IMG/VR virus record: IMGVR_UViG_2728369181_000005
DNA: 55,128 nucleotides
Origin: a virus
Taxonomy: Duplodnaviria; Heunggongvirae; Uroviricota; Caudoviricetes
Strand: one strand, 5' to 3'
The stretch's first letter is position 1; every line of letters begins with the position of its first letter. Both the position numbers and the translations under genes were made by a program. The notes beneath the pieces are model-generated. The model ran no database searches. It was not told where the DNA came from and saw only the letters and a program-made list of their open reading frames with translations. Positions 8,972-18,550 of this stretch are shown here, piece by piece.

Positions 8972-9901
8972 ATGGCAAACACTGCTGAGATATTCAATTT
9001 TCCAGTGCCGGATGCGGCACAAAAGGAGCCGCGCGTGTCAGATCTCGATGATGGTTATACGCGCATTGCAAATGAGTTGCTGGAAGCTGTAATGCTGGCC
9101 GGATTAACACAGCACCAGCTTCTGGTCTTCCTGGCTGTCATGCGCAAAACATATGGCTTTAATAAAAAAATGGATTGGGTGAGCAACGAGCAACTTTCCG
9201 AGTTAACCGGGATATTGCCGCACAAGTGTTCTGCTGCAAAAAGTGTTCTGGTAAAGCGTGGGATTTTGATTCAGAGCGGGCGGAATATCGGCATTAATAA
9301 TGTGGTCAGTGAATGGTCAACATTACCCGAATCAGGTAAGAAAAATAAAGTTTACCTGAAAGAGGTAAAATTACCTGAATCAGGTAAGAAAAGTTTACCC
9401 AAATCAGGTAAAGGCGTTTACCCGAATCAGGTAAACACAAAAGACAAACTAACAAAAGACAATATAAAACCTTTTTCGTCCGAGAATTCTGACGAATCCT
9501 CTGACCAGCCAGAAAACGATCTTCCTGTGGTGAAACCGGATGCTGCAATTCAGAGCGGCAGCAAGTGGGGGACAGCAGAAGACCTGACCGCCGCAGAGTG
9601 GATGTTTGACATGGTGAAGACCATCGCGCCATCAGCCAGAAAACCGAATTTTGCAGGGTGGGCTAACGATATCCGCCTGATGCGTGAACGTGACGGACGT
9701 AACCACCGCGACATGTGTGTACTGTTCCGCTGGGCATGCCAGGACAACTTCTGGTCCGGTAACGTGCTGAGTCCGGCCAAACTCCGCGACAAGTGGACCC
9801 AGCTCGAAATCAACCGAAACAAGCAACAGGCTGGCGTGACAGCCGGCAAACCAAAACTCGACCTGACGAACACTGACTGGATTTACGGGGTGGAGCTATG
9901 A
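8972..9901 (+). CDS. O: Replication initiator O (hybrid: divergent N-terminus, lambda-identical C-terminus)
   Basis: GGGAGG SD before ATG 8972; N-terminus MANTAEIFNF parallels lambda O MTNTAKILNF; C-terminal ~110 aa match lambda O; iterons lie inside the gene. Confidence 0.9.
   Translation: MANTAEIFNFPVPDAAQKEPRVSDLDDGYTRIANELLEAVMLAGLTQHQLLVFLAVMRKTYGFNKKMDWVSNEQLSELTGILPHKCSAAKSVLVKRGILIQSGRNIGINNVVSEWSTLPESGKKNKVYLKEVKLPESGKKSLPKSGKGVYPNQVNTKDKLTKDNIKPFSSENSDESSDQPENDLPVVKPDAAIQSGSKWGTAEDLTAAEWMFDMVKTIAPSARKPNFAGWANDIRLMRERDGRNHRDMCVLFRWACQDNFWSGNVLSPAKLRDKWTQLEINRNKQQAGVTAGKPKLDLTNTDWIYGVEL
9320..9480. repeat. Replication origin iterons plus AT-rich flank inside O
   Basis: Four copies of TTACC(C/T)(G/A)AATCAGGTAA (9323-9340, 9371-9388, 9394-9411, 9417-9435) followed by an A-rich stretch; same architecture as ori-lambda. 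Confidence 0.85.
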
Positions 9902-10599
9902 AAAACATCGCCGCACAGATGGTTAACTTTGACCGTGAGCAGATGCGTCGGATCGCCAACAACATGCCGGAACAGTACGACGAAAAGCCGCAGGTACAAC
10001 AGGTAGCGCAGATCATCAATGGTGTGTTCAGCCAGTTACTGGCAACTTTCCCGGCGAGCCTGGCTAACCGGGACCAGAACGAACTGAACGAAATCCGCCG
10101 CCAGTGGGTGCTGGCTTTCCGGGAAAACGGGATCACCACAATGGAACAGGTTAACGCAGGAATGCGCGTAGCCCGTCGGCAGAATCGACCATTCCTGCCA
10201 TCACCCGGGCAGTTTGTTGCCTGGTGCCGGGAAGAAGCATCCGTTACCGCCGGGCTGCCAAACGCCAGCGAGCTGGTTGATATGGTTTACGAGTATTGCC
10301 GGAAGCGTGGCCTGTATCCGGACGCAGAGTCTTATCCATGGAAATCGAACGCGCACTACTGGCTGGTTACCAACCTGTACCAGAACATGCGAGCCAATGC
10401 GCTGACTGACGCGGAATTACGGCGCAAGGCTGCCGATGAACTGACCTGTATGACAGCGCGAATTAACCGTGGTGAGGCTATACCTGAACCAGTAAAACAA
10501 CTTCCTGTCATGGGCGGTAGACCTCTAAATCGTGCACAGGCTCTGGCGAAGATCGCAGAAATCAAAGCTAAGTTTGGGCTGAAAGGAGCAAGTGTATGA
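9898..10599 (+). CDS. P: Replication protein P (DnaB helicase loader)
   Basis: 233 aa, near-identical to lambda P (MKNIAAQMVNFDREQMRRIANNMPEQYDEKPQ...); ATGA overlap with O. Confidence 0.97.
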   Translation: MKNIAAQMVNFDREQMRRIANNMPEQYDEKPQVQQVAQIINGVFSQLLATFPASLANRDQNELNEIRRQWVLAFRENGITTMEQVNAGMRVARRQNRPFLPSPGQFVAWCREEASVTAGLPNASELVDMVYEYCRKRGLYPDAESYPWKSNAHYWLVTNLYQNMRANALTDAELRRKAADELTCMTARINRGEAIPEPVKQLPVMGGRPLNRAQALAKIAEIKAKFGLKGASV

Positions 10600-10883
10600 C
10601 GGGCAAAGAGGCAATTATTCATTACCTGGGGACTCATAAGAACTTCTGTGCGCAGGACGTTGCCGCGGTAACAGGCGCAACCGTAACCAGCATAAATCAG
10701 GCTGCGGCTAAAATGGCGCGGGCAGGAATCCTGGTCGTTGATGGTAAGGTCTGGCGAACGGTGTATTATCGGTTCGCTACCAGAGAAGAACGGGAAGGAA
10801 AGATGAGCACGAACCTGATTTTTAAGGAGTGTCGCCAGAGTGCCGCGATGAAGCGAGTGTTGGCGATGTATGGGCGAGGATGA
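10596..10883 (+). CDS. ren: Ren (Rex exclusion relief protein)
   Basis: 95 aa matching lambda Ren (MTGKEAIIHYLGTH...). Confidence 0.9.
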   Translation: MTGKEAIIHYLGTHKNFCAQDVAAVTGATVTSINQAAAKMARAGILVVDGKVWRTVYYRFATREEREGKMSTNLIFKECRQSAAMKRVLAMYGRG

Positions 10884-11168
10884 GTGATGGAACGGGGCTT
10901 GACCTGTATGCTGTCCGTGTACTTGCAAGGAAATTTAGATGCAGTACGAGATGAGTCCATCAAAAATAAACTCAAAAATCAAAGTGAGTAGGTACATCGT
11001 TTGCAATCGACAATGCCCTATAATAGATGTTGAATAATTGCATAAAATGATGCTATACCTCTTTTGCCTTATTCATATTGAGTTTAATTCTTCTCAACAG
11101 AAAGGACTTATCGACGCACGATAAGTGTCATATATGCAATTGTTTATCAACACAAAATCTGAGGAATT

Positions 11169-11435
11169 ATGATTACTAGAAATCTTGGCGAAGAAACAAT
11201 CAATAGTATTATCGAAGAAGATAATCTGCTGTCAGAGCAGGTTCAAGTCATTGATGGTTGCATCGTTATAAATATTGAATATGAGTACCCCATTCCCTTG
11301 AATACATGCTCAACTTATCAACAAATTTTGCATTGGGTATGGCACTTGGCGGAAAAAACATGGATGACGCAAATTGTCACTCGTCGTTTCATCGAAATTG
11401 CCTGCCAACATCATAATTTAGAATATAATTATTAA
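11169..11435 (+). CDS. Hypothetical protein (AT-rich, first gene of nin-region cassette)
   Basis: 88-codon ORF in strongly AT-rich DNA right after ren; no family recognised. Confidence 0.4.
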   Translation: MITRNLGEETINSIIEEDNLLSEQVQVIDGCIVINIEYEYPIPLNTCSTYQQILHWVWHLAEKTWMTQIVTRRFIEIACQHHNLEYNY

Positions 11436-11466
11436 TTATCAGATTCATTTTTTGAATCAAACAACT

Positions 11467-11582
11467 ATAATTAAGTCATCGAAGCCTGAACAACTCTGGT
11501 GACTTCTGCGCTAAACGGGGCATTTATGCGCGTATACAACCTAAACTCTCTCCTCCTGTCACAGATGCAGAAATGCACCTGT
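11467..11582. repeat. Left copy of a ~115-bp imperfect direct repeat
   Basis: Shares GAGCCTGAACAACT..GGTGACTTCTGCGCTAAACGGGG...TCACAGATGCAGAAATGCACCTG with 13947-14062 (roughly 85-90 percent identical by eye). Confidence 0.85.
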
Positions 11583-11655
11583 GTTTTTTGTATTCGGTGT
11601 TTTACCTCAACAGCCAGAACTGAGAGTATCTATTCGTCTGGCGGCTAATGGTGAT

Positions 11656-11745
11656 ATGGAAATCGTTATGTCTTGGCCTGAAGCAATTGTAACTGTTGTA
11701 GTCACTATGGCTATGATCATCGTGGTGTCCATTTACTGGGGTTGA
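11656..11745 (+). CDS. Possible 29-codon hydrophobic micro-ORF
   Basis: ATG GAA ATC ... TGA encodes MEIVMSWPEAIVTVVVTMAMIIVVSIYWG, a single predicted TM helix; weak hairpin plus T7 tract at 11834-11853 downstream. Confidence 0.2.
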   Translation: MEIVMSWPEAIVTVVVTMAMIIVVSIYWG

Positions 11746-12009
11746 CGACATGATTTATCTGGGGATATATTCTTACGAGTTGCCGGAAAATCGGCACACG
11801 GGATTGGCGTCCCGGAATACTACTCAACGCATGCCGCGTTAAGCGGTTTTTTTATGCGCTAAGCACGGCTACGCCCAAATTATGGTGGGCTGTGTGAGGG
11901 CTTCTTCGGGAGCGCCGGGTTTGAGTAGCCGGTTACGCCAACCTTGCACAGTTCACCACCAGTCGATTGGCGTCGTTGGTGGTGATGGTTAACCTGATGA
12001 GGTGATACT

Positions 12010-12618
12010 ATGACTACTCAATTAGCATTCCACAAAACGACGTTTACCCCGATTTGCCACAATAACAGAATTTGGCTTACTGCCACTGAAGTTGGTTTAG
12101 CTCTGGAATATGCGGACGATAAAGCAGTTCAGCGTATTTACTCTCGTCACTCAGATGAATTTACAGATATGATGACAAGGGTGGTCAAAGTGACCACCCC
12201 TCGTGGAATGCAGGAGTCTCGAGTATTTAGCCTTCGCGGAGCCCATCTGATCGCCATGTTTGCTCGTACTCCTGTGGCCAAAGAATTCCGCCGCTGGGTG
12301 CTGGATATTCTCGATCGAGAAATTCAACAATCCCCAATCACAAAACAATTCACTGATAACGAACTTTGCACACTTGCTTGGTTATGGCGAGCAGGGGATA
12401 TGATGTTAACTGCCTGCCAGAACGTTACTCCACTTCTTCAGGTTGCGGAGCACCGCGAAGCTGGTCGCTTTACTTCTATCGGGCAAGAATATCCCCAGAT
12501 ACTACATAAGGCGCGCGAAATCCTTGCCAGAGAAACGGCACATGTGAAACTCCAGCCTTGGCAGGATAATAAGTGGAGCAGGGTGTTGCCACATTTGCGT
12601 CAGGATAGATTGCAATAG
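12010..12618 (+). CDS. BRO-N-like / antirepressor-like protein
   Basis: 202 aa; the N-terminal FHKTTFTPI...IWLTATEVGLALEY pattern resembles the BRO-N DNA-binding domain of phage antirepressors. Confidence 0.5.
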   Translation: MTTQLAFHKTTFTPICHNNRIWLTATEVGLALEYADDKAVQRIYSRHSDEFTDMMTRVVKVTTPRGMQESRVFSLRGAHLIAMFARTPVAKEFRRWVLDILDREIQQSPITKQFTDNELCTLAWLWRAGDMMLTACQNVTPLLQVAEHREAGRFTSIGQEYPQILHKAREILARETAHVKLQPWQDNKWSRVLPHLRQDRLQ

Positions 12619-12780
12619 TTTTACATATTAGGCGCTGAATGGATGCAATCAGATAGCGCACTGGGCGGCAATGATTAAGGCTTCAGATAAGCCAAGTAAG
12701 CACTGAAAAAGTTCAATGTAATCAAATTCTCTTTATGGTATTTTCGTTAGACATCTCATACGCTTAGATGGAAATTTGAA

Positions 12781-12981
12781 ATGATGTATTCAGTAACTTT
12801 CGATGAAACTGGACGAGTAGAAGATATTGAACTAGAGCGTGAGGTTAGAGCCGGAGATAGACTCTCGCTTAATATTGATGGTCTTGATGGTATTTATATA
12901 GTCATGACTGTTAGCGGCCCTATCTATGAAAATGTTTGTGTGCCAATGAATATCCGGGTTCAAAAGTATTGGAAGCAATGA
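12781..12981 (+). CDS. Hypothetical small protein
   Basis: 66-codon ORF in the AT-rich cassette. Confidence 0.3.
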   Translation: MMYSVTFDETGRVEDIELEREVRAGDRLSLNIDGLDGIYIVMTVSGPIYENVCVPMNIRVQKYWKQ

Positions 12982-13015
12982 TGTATAATCCCCTCAGATG
13001 ATCGAGGGGATTTTT

Positions 13016-13189
13016 ATGTCAGATTGGAACATTGCAGCAAAACCGCAAGAGGAACGTGACAATGTTAACTTTGACCTTGCTGCGTCTGGTGTTGCATATA
13101 AAGAACGCTCCAAAATTCTCGTCATAGCCGAAGTGGTGATGTGCCAGCAACCAGAGCATCTTTGTGATTACTTCATGGAGCGCGTCTGA
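13016..13189 (+). CDS. Hypothetical small protein
   Basis: ORF with candidate start MSDWNIAAKP; AT-rich cassette. Confidence 0.25.
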   Translation: MSDWNIAAKPQEERDNVNFDLAASGVAYKERSKILVIAEVVMCQQPEHLCDYFMERV

Positions 13190-13261
13190 CTTCTCCATTG
13201 AGCATAGCATCACCCAGCCTAAAACATCTGACCCTAGATATATGAAACAGGAGGAAGATAA

Positions 13262-13894
13262 ATGAAATTCTCTCGAATTGAACAAAGCCCAACAACGGAT
13301 GAGGGTAATTACGTGAAAATCGATCATGACTTTGGCTATTTTCTAGATCCTAATAAAATGGCCTCGATAGCTAACTATGAGGATGAGTCTGCCGCGCTAT
13401 TAAAATTGATGCTAATTCATGAGGACTTTCTTCGGGTTGTTATTGAAAACTTACGACCTGATGGCTCTGAAAAATACAATTCGATAAGAAGCTATAAGTA
13501 TTTTGCGTCAAAGCTGTCTGCCGCAGTTCTGTTAGGGCTGCCTGTCTCGCTTGCAGACGCTATGGCTGAGCTCAACACAATACGTAACAAGTACGCTCAT
13601 AAAATTGAATATGTAATTACAAATGAAGAGGTTGATAAACTCGCAGAATCGATTAAAAACATAAAGTTAGAAGAGATTAACCATGGTGGCTACGTGCATC
13701 AAGTTGTTGAGCCAATTCTCAAGGATGGAATCTACGCTATAGCGTTGATGAAAGAGCTACCTCCTGATCTTGAAGAAAATCGCATTCGTATTTGTAAGTT
13801 AGTCACTAGCGCGCATTGTATGTGTTTGCTCGGGGCCTTCTGGTTAATTAACACTCTGCACGTAAAGGGTAAGCTCAAGCTTTCCAAGGCCTGA
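13262..13894 (+). CDS. Hypothetical protein with HEPN-like R-x4-H motif (candidate defence gene)
   Basis: 210 aa with strong AGGAGG SD; AT-rich; contains NTIRNKYAHK (R-N-K-Y-A-H), comparable to RNKLGDAHG in the island protein at 37096-37857. Confidence 0.55.
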   Translation: MKFSRIEQSPTTDEGNYVKIDHDFGYFLDPNKMASIANYEDESAALLKLMLIHEDFLRVVIENLRPDGSEKYNSIRSYKYFASKLSAAVLLGLPVSLADAMAELNTIRNKYAHKIEYVITNEEVDKLAESIKNIKLEEINHGGYVHQVVEPILKDGIYAIALMKELPPDLEENRIRICKLVTSAHCMCLLGAFWLINTLHVKGKLKLSKA

Positions 13895-13946
13895 GTAGAT
13901 CAATCGTGTCATTTTCGCAAAATTGATTCTCCGTAATCAATTCGCC

Positions 13947-14062
13947 ATAATTGTATCACCGGAGCCTGAACAACTTCGGTGACTTCTGCGCTAAACGGGG
14001 ACGTTTATGCGCACACACAATCCAAACTCTCTTCTCCCTTCACAGATGCAGAAATGCACCTG
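13947..14062. repeat. Right copy of the ~115-bp imperfect direct repeat
   Basis: See 11467-11582; ends just before the ninB ribosome-binding site. Confidence 0.85.
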
Positions 14063-14104
14063 CAATTCTTTGCATCTAACGTTTGACCTCTGCGGAGGTG
14101 AAGC

Positions 14105-14560
14105 GTGAACCTCTCACAAGACGGCATCAAATTACATCGCGGCAACTTCACCGCTATCGGCCAGCAGATCCAGCCTTATCTGGAGGAAGGCAAATGCTTT
14201 CGCATGGTGCTTAAACCGTGGCGTGAGAAACGCAGTCTTTCCCAGAATGCACTCAGCCACATGTGGTACAGCGAAATCAGTGAATACCTCATCAGCAGGG
14301 GGAAATCGTTCGCTACCGCAGCATGGGTAAAAGATGCTCTCAAACACACATACCTCGGTTATGAAACCAAGGACCTGGTTGATGTCGTAACCGGCGAAAT
14401 CACTACTATCCAGTCGTTACGCCATACCTCCGATCTCGATACCGGAGAGATGTATGTCTTCCTGTGTAAGGTTGAAGCCTGGGCGGTGAATATTGGCTGC
14501 CACCTGACTATTCCGCAGAGCTGCGAGTTCCAGCTGCTGCGCGACAAGCAGGAGGCGTAA
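14105..14560 (+). CDS. ninB: NinB-family recombination protein
   Basis: GTG start with GGAGG SD; [13 protein letters not shown] parallels the NRSLDQNRKLWA segment of lambda NinB; nin-region position. Confidence 0.75.
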   Translation: MNLSQDGIKLHRGNFTAIGQQIQPYLEEGKCFRMVLKPWREKRSLSQNALSHMWYSEISEYLISRGKSFATAAWVKDALKHTYLGYETKDLVDVVTGEITTIQSLRHTSDLDTGEMYVFLCKVEAWAVNIGCHLTIPQSCEFQLLRDKQEA

Positions 14561-14722
14561 TGGCTACACCGCTTATTCGTGTCATGAACGGACACATCTA
14601 CAGAGTACCAAATCGTCGTAAGCGTAAGCCTGAGCTGAAACCATCCGAAATACCAACACTGCTCGGATATACCGCCAGCCTGGTTGATAAAAAATGGTTG
14701 CGACTGGCAGCAAGGAGGAATC

Positions 14723-15013
14723 ATGGCTGATTTGAGAAAAGCAGCGCGTGGTCGGGAATGCCAGGTAAGAATCCCTGGCGTATGTAATGGCAACCCTGAA
14801 ACGTCTGTACTGGCACATATCCGGCTGGCTGGATTGTGCGGCACCGGTATTAAACCGCCAGACCTGATTGCCACCATTGCATGTTCTGCCTGTCACGATG
14901 AGATCGACCGTCGCACGAATTTTGTTGACGCTGGATATGCAAAAGAATGCGCGCTGGAAGGTATGGCGAGAACGCAGGTTATCTGGCTGAAAGAGGGGGT
15001 AATTAAGGCGTGA
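14723..15013 (+). CDS. YbcO-like protein (DUF1364, Cys/His-rich putative nuclease)
   Basis: Start [23 protein letters not shown]...; CxxC/H pattern; closely matches DLP12 YbcO as recalled. Confidence 0.75.
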   Translation: MADLRKAARGRECQVRIPGVCNGNPETSVLAHIRLAGLCGTGIKPPDLIATIACSACHDEIDRRTNFVDAGYAKECALEGMARTQVIWLKEGVIKA

Positions 15014-15372
15014 ATACTTACAGCATCACATTACCCTGGCCTCCGAGCAATAATCGCTATTACCGCCATAATCGCGGGCGCACGCACATCAGCGCAGAGG
15101 GGCAGGCATACCGCGATAACGTCGCCCGAATCATCAAAGGCTCCATGCTGGATATCGGCCTGGCTATGTCAGTGAAAATCCGTATTGAGTGCCACATGCC
15201 GGATCGCCGTCGCCGTGACCTGGATAATCTGCAAAAAGCCGCTTTTGACGCACTCACCAAAGCAGGTTTCTGGCTGGATGATGTTCAGGTCGTTGATTAC
15301 CGTGTTGTGAAGATGCCCGTTACCAAAGGTGGGAAGCTGGAGCTGACCATCACCGAAATGGGGAATGAATGA
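15010..15372 (+). CDS. rusA: Holliday-junction resolvase RusA
   Basis: 120 aa ([18 protein letters not shown]...) matching the RusA family; ATGA-style overlap with upstream gene. Confidence 0.9.
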   Translation: MNTYSITLPWPPSNNRYYRHNRGRTHISAEGQAYRDNVARIIKGSMLDIGLAMSVKIRIECHMPDRRRRDLDNLQKAAFDALTKAGFWLDDVQVVDYRVVKMPVTKGGKLELTITEMGNE

Positions 15373-15509
15373 TGTTTGAGTTTTATATGGCAGAACGTCT
15401 TCGCCACCGCTGGATGCGCCTGCGCTTATATCGTTTTCCTGGTTCTGTTTTGGCCGATTACCGGATACTGAAGAATTACGCCAAAACACTGAAAGGAGCA
15501 TGTGTATGA
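15369..15509 (+). CDS. Small ORF (YlcG-like, 46 aa)
   Basis: ATG overlapping the rusA stop; [23 protein letters not shown]...; resembles the DLP12 small protein between rusA and Q as recalled. Confidence 0.35.
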   Translation: MMFEFYMAERLRHRWMRLRLYRFPGSVLADYRILKNYAKTLKGACV

Positions 15510-15594
15510 AGTCAGAGATAACAATCGACTAATACTGTTTTGTTGTTTTTTGCTTTTAATTGGAGTTCTGGCCTGATTTTTGTGGAGTAAGTTG

Positions 15595-15978
15595 ATGCGT
15601 GATGTTCAGATGGTTCTTGAGCGTTGGGGGGCGTGGGCAGCTAATAATCATGAAGATGTGACCTGGTCGTCCATTGCTGCCGGTTTTAAGGGATTAATTC
15701 CTTCAAAAGTAAAATCTCGCCCGCAATGTTGTGACGATGACGCGATGATCATTTGCGGGTGCATGGCCCGTCTGAAAAAGAACAACAGCGATTTACACGA
15801 TTTATTAGTAGATTATTATGTATGTGGTATGACATTCATGTCACTGGCAAGTAAGCATTGCTGCTCGGATGGTTATATCGGGAAAAGGTTACAGAAGGCT
15901 GAGGGCATAATTGAAGGGATGTTAATGGCATTAGATATCCGGTTAGATATGGATATCGTTGCTAATAATTCTAATTGA
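15595..15978 (+). CDS. Q: Late-gene antiterminator Q (DLP12 QuuD / phage 82-type)
   Basis: [26 protein letters not shown]... with a Cys-rich zinc-binding region; position before the lysis cassette. Confidence 0.85.
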   Translation: MRDVQMVLERWGAWAANNHEDVTWSSIAAGFKGLIPSKVKSRPQCCDDDAMIICGCMARLKKNNSDLHDLLVDYYVCGMTFMSLASKHCCSDGYIGKRLQKAEGIIEGMLMALDIRLDMDIVANNSN

Positions 15979-16010
15979 TATGCAATTGTTTACTAAAAGT
16001 TATTAAAAAT

Positions 16011-16028
16011 GGGGCGTGGAAACGCCCC
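16011..16028 (-). terminator. Rho-independent terminator downstream of the porin gene
   Basis: GGGGCG-TGGAAA-CGCCCC hairpin followed on the minus strand by ATTTTTAAT. Confidence 0.5.
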
Positions 16029-16115
16029 CAAAATAAAGGGTAATATATAACAGAAGGTTTATATAGTAAGAAGCAAGGTAGTGCTTCTAAAGGAAGTGGC
16101 TTGAGGGCTCCACTT

Positions 16116-16156
16116 ATATGTTGCGGAGGCAAAGCCTCCCGCAACATATCTTTTTC
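16116..16156 (+). terminator. Rho-independent terminator after Q
   Basis: 15-16-bp stem ATATGTTGCGGAGGC / GCCTCCCGCAACATAT with AAA loop, followed by CTTTTTC. Confidence 0.55.
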
Positions 16157-16166
16157 GTAAGTCAGA

Positions 16167-17249
16167 TTAGAACTGATAAACCAGACCTACAGCGACGATG
16201 TCGTCGGTATCAATACCAGCTGTTTTGGTAAACTTACTATCGTCAATTAAGTTGATTTTGTAATCAACAAAAGTGGACATGTTTTTATTAAAGTAGTAAG
16301 TAGCACCGACATCGACATACTTGACTAAGTCTCGGTCACCATGAACACCAAGGTCTTTACCTTTTGACTGAAGGTAAGCAACAGATGGGCGCAGACCGAA
16401 GTCAAACTGATATTGTGCTACTGCTTCAAAGTTTTGTGCTTTGTTTGCAATATGGTTATTACCAAAAACGGTCATATTCTGAGTTTCAGAATATGTGGTA
16501 GCCAGATAGATATTGTTCGCATCATATTTCAGGCCTGCAGCCCATACTTCCGCATTTTTGCCGGAGGCATTGAATTTGCTCTTACCATAGGCGACCTGAC
16601 CGTCAGTGCGATCTGATTTAGCATAGGTTGCACCCACGCCGAATCCTTCATACTCATAAGTAGTGGAGAAACCGAAACCATCACCATTGGCTTCAGTTAC
16701 GTCAGTGCGGTCATTTTTACCCTGATACTGAGCAGCAAAGTTCAGGCCATCGACCAGACCAAAGAAGTCGTTGTTACGATAAGTTGCAACACCAGTAGTG
16801 CGACCAGTCATGAACACATCTGTTTGGGTCCAGGTATCACCACCGAATTCTGGCAGAACGTCAGTCCACGCACCGATGTCGTATGCTACACCGTAGTTAC
16901 GGCCGTAATCGATTGAGCCGTAATCACCAAATTTCAGGCCTGCAAATGCAAGACGGGTTTTGTCTTTGGAAGAACCTTGAGATTCAGCACGGTTGCCTTT
17001 GAATTCATATTCCCACTGACCGAAACCAGTCAGTTGATCGTTGATTTGGGTTTCACCTTTGAAGCCAAGACGGGCATAAGTAGTATCACCATCATCTGCA
17101 TCATTAGAGGAGAAGTAGTGCTTGGCATTAACTTTCCCGTATAGATCCAGCTTGTTACTGTCTTTATTATAAATTTCAGCTGCCTGAGCAGACATCGCCA
17201 TCAGTACTGATGCAGCTACAGCAGAAATTGCCACTGTTAATTTTTTCAT
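16167..17249 (-). CDS. nmpC: OmpC-family general porin (NmpC/Lc-type prophage porin)
   Basis: Signal peptide [23 protein letters not shown], porin hallmarks (AEIYNKD..., C-terminal ...VAVGLVYQF); opposite strand to flanking phage genes. Confidence 0.9.
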   Translation of the reverse strand: MKKLTVAISAVAASVLMAMSAQAAEIYNKDSNKLDLYGKVNAKHYFSSNDADDGDTTYARLGFKGETQINDQLTGFGQWEYEFKGNRAESQGSSKDKTRLAFAGLKFGDYGSIDYGRNYGVAYDIGAWTDVLPEFGGDTWTQTDVFMTGRTTGVATYRNNDFFGLVDGLNFAAQYQGKNDRTDVTEANGDGFGFSTTYEYEGFGVGATYAKSDRTDGQVAYGKSKFNASGKNAEVWAAGLKYDANNIYLATTYSETQNMTVFGNNHIANKAQNFEAVAQYQFDFGLRPSVAYLQSKGKDLGVHGDRDLVKYVDVGATYYFNKNMSTFVDYKINLIDDSKFTKTAGIDTDDIVAVGLVYQF

Positions 17250-17675
17250 TGTACGCCCTTTTTTTGAACTATTATAAAAAAATGATGTCACTGCGCGATA
17301 AATATTCATCTAATCAATGTGATTATTTCAAGATGTAAGTTTTAGTTTCTCATTTAATTTGTGAAGTAGATCTCTATTTTTATCTGAACCTTTTCTATCT
17401 AATCCTATTCATAGCTCTTGTCTGAACAAAAATAAATCTATTAGCTAATTTATATTAATGGCACTTATTTATAAGTGCTCTATAATTCTTTAGCTTAATT
17501 TAAACAAACTAAAAATAACATCGGAAATTATTGACTGGTTATTTGTTGAAGTTTTCTTATGCATTTGTGGTGGTGTTTTGAACACTCGGTGGCATTCTCA
17601 CAAATATCATTTAGTAGTTTACGTACGTAAAAAATTGGTTATGCTGTTAAGAGTGGTTACTTCGTCACACAGCTT

Positions 17676-17708
17676 AAACCCGCCGTCGAGCGGGTTTTTC
17701 CATTTTTT
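17676..17708 (+). terminator. tR'-like rho-independent terminator upstream of the lysis genes
   Basis: AAACCCGC-CGTCGA-GCGGGTTT hairpin followed by TTCCATTTTTT; about 130 bp before the holin start. Confidence 0.6.
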
Positions 17709-17837
17709 GAGTCTCGATATTAGCTGATAACCCAATACCTGAGTTATTCACTGACTCCGAATCTGTTACGTTTCTGCCTTTATTGCGATACGTAGTATCC
17801 CCTTAATTTACACCCGCTTTGTCTGCGAGGTGGGGTT

Positions 17838-18053
17838 ATGAAATCCATGGATAAGTTAACAACGGGTGTCGCCTATGGTACCTCAGCAGGTAGTGCCGGG
17901 TACTGGTTTTTACAGTTGCTCGATAAAGTCACGCCCTCACAGTGGGCGGCAATAGGTGTGCTGGGTAGCCTGGTATTTGGCCTGCTGACGTACCTGACAA
18001 ACCTTTATTTCAAGATTAAAGAAGATAAGCGCAAGGCTGCGAGAGGTGAATAA
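17838..18053 (+). CDS. S: Holin (phage 21 S / EssD type)
   Basis: 71 aa, [26 protein letters not shown]... with TM segments and charged C-terminus. Confidence 0.9.
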
Positions 18054-18550
18054 TGCCTCCATCATTACGAAAAGCCGTTGCTGCTGCTATTGGTGGCGGA
18101 GCAATTGCTATAGCATCAGTGTTAATCACTGGCCCAAGTGGTAACGATGGTCTGGAAGGTGTCAGCTACATACCATACAAAGATATTGTTGGTGTATGGA
18201 CTGTATGTCACGGGCATACAGGAAAAGACATCATGCTCGGTAAAACGTATACCAAAGCAGAATGCAAAGCACTCTTGAATAAAGACCTTGCCACTGTCGC
18301 CAGACAAATTAACCCGCACATCACAGTCGATATACCGGAAACAACGCGCGGCGCTCTTTACTCATTCGTTTACAACGTGGGTGCTGGTAATTTCAGAACA
18401 TCGACGCTTCTTCGCAAAATAAACCAGGGCGATATCAAAGGCTCATGTGATCAGCTACGTCGCTGGACATATGCTGGCGGTAAGCAATGGAAAGGTCTCA
18501 TGACTCGTCGTGAGATTGAGCGTGAAATCTGTTTGTGGGGTCAGCAATGA
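18053..18550 (+). CDS. R: SAR endolysin (lysozyme, R21/RrrD type)
   Basis: 165 aa; N-terminal Gly/Ala-rich signal-anchor-release segment then lysozyme domain; ATGA overlap with holin. Confidence 0.9.
   Translation: MPPSLRKAVAAAIGGGAIAIASVLITGPSGNDGLEGVSYIPYKDIVGVWTVCHGHTGKDIMLGKTYTKAECKALLNKDLATVARQINPHITVDIPETTRGALYSFVYNVGAGNFRTSTLLRKINQGDIKGSCDQLRRWTYAGGKQWKGLMTRREIEREICLWGQQ

Noticed and set aside
9320-9440. Short direct repeats with spacers that could be mistaken for a CRISPR array
   Set aside because: Only four 17-18-bp units, each internally palindromic, located inside the O coding frame with an AT-rich flank; this is the replication-origin iteron set.
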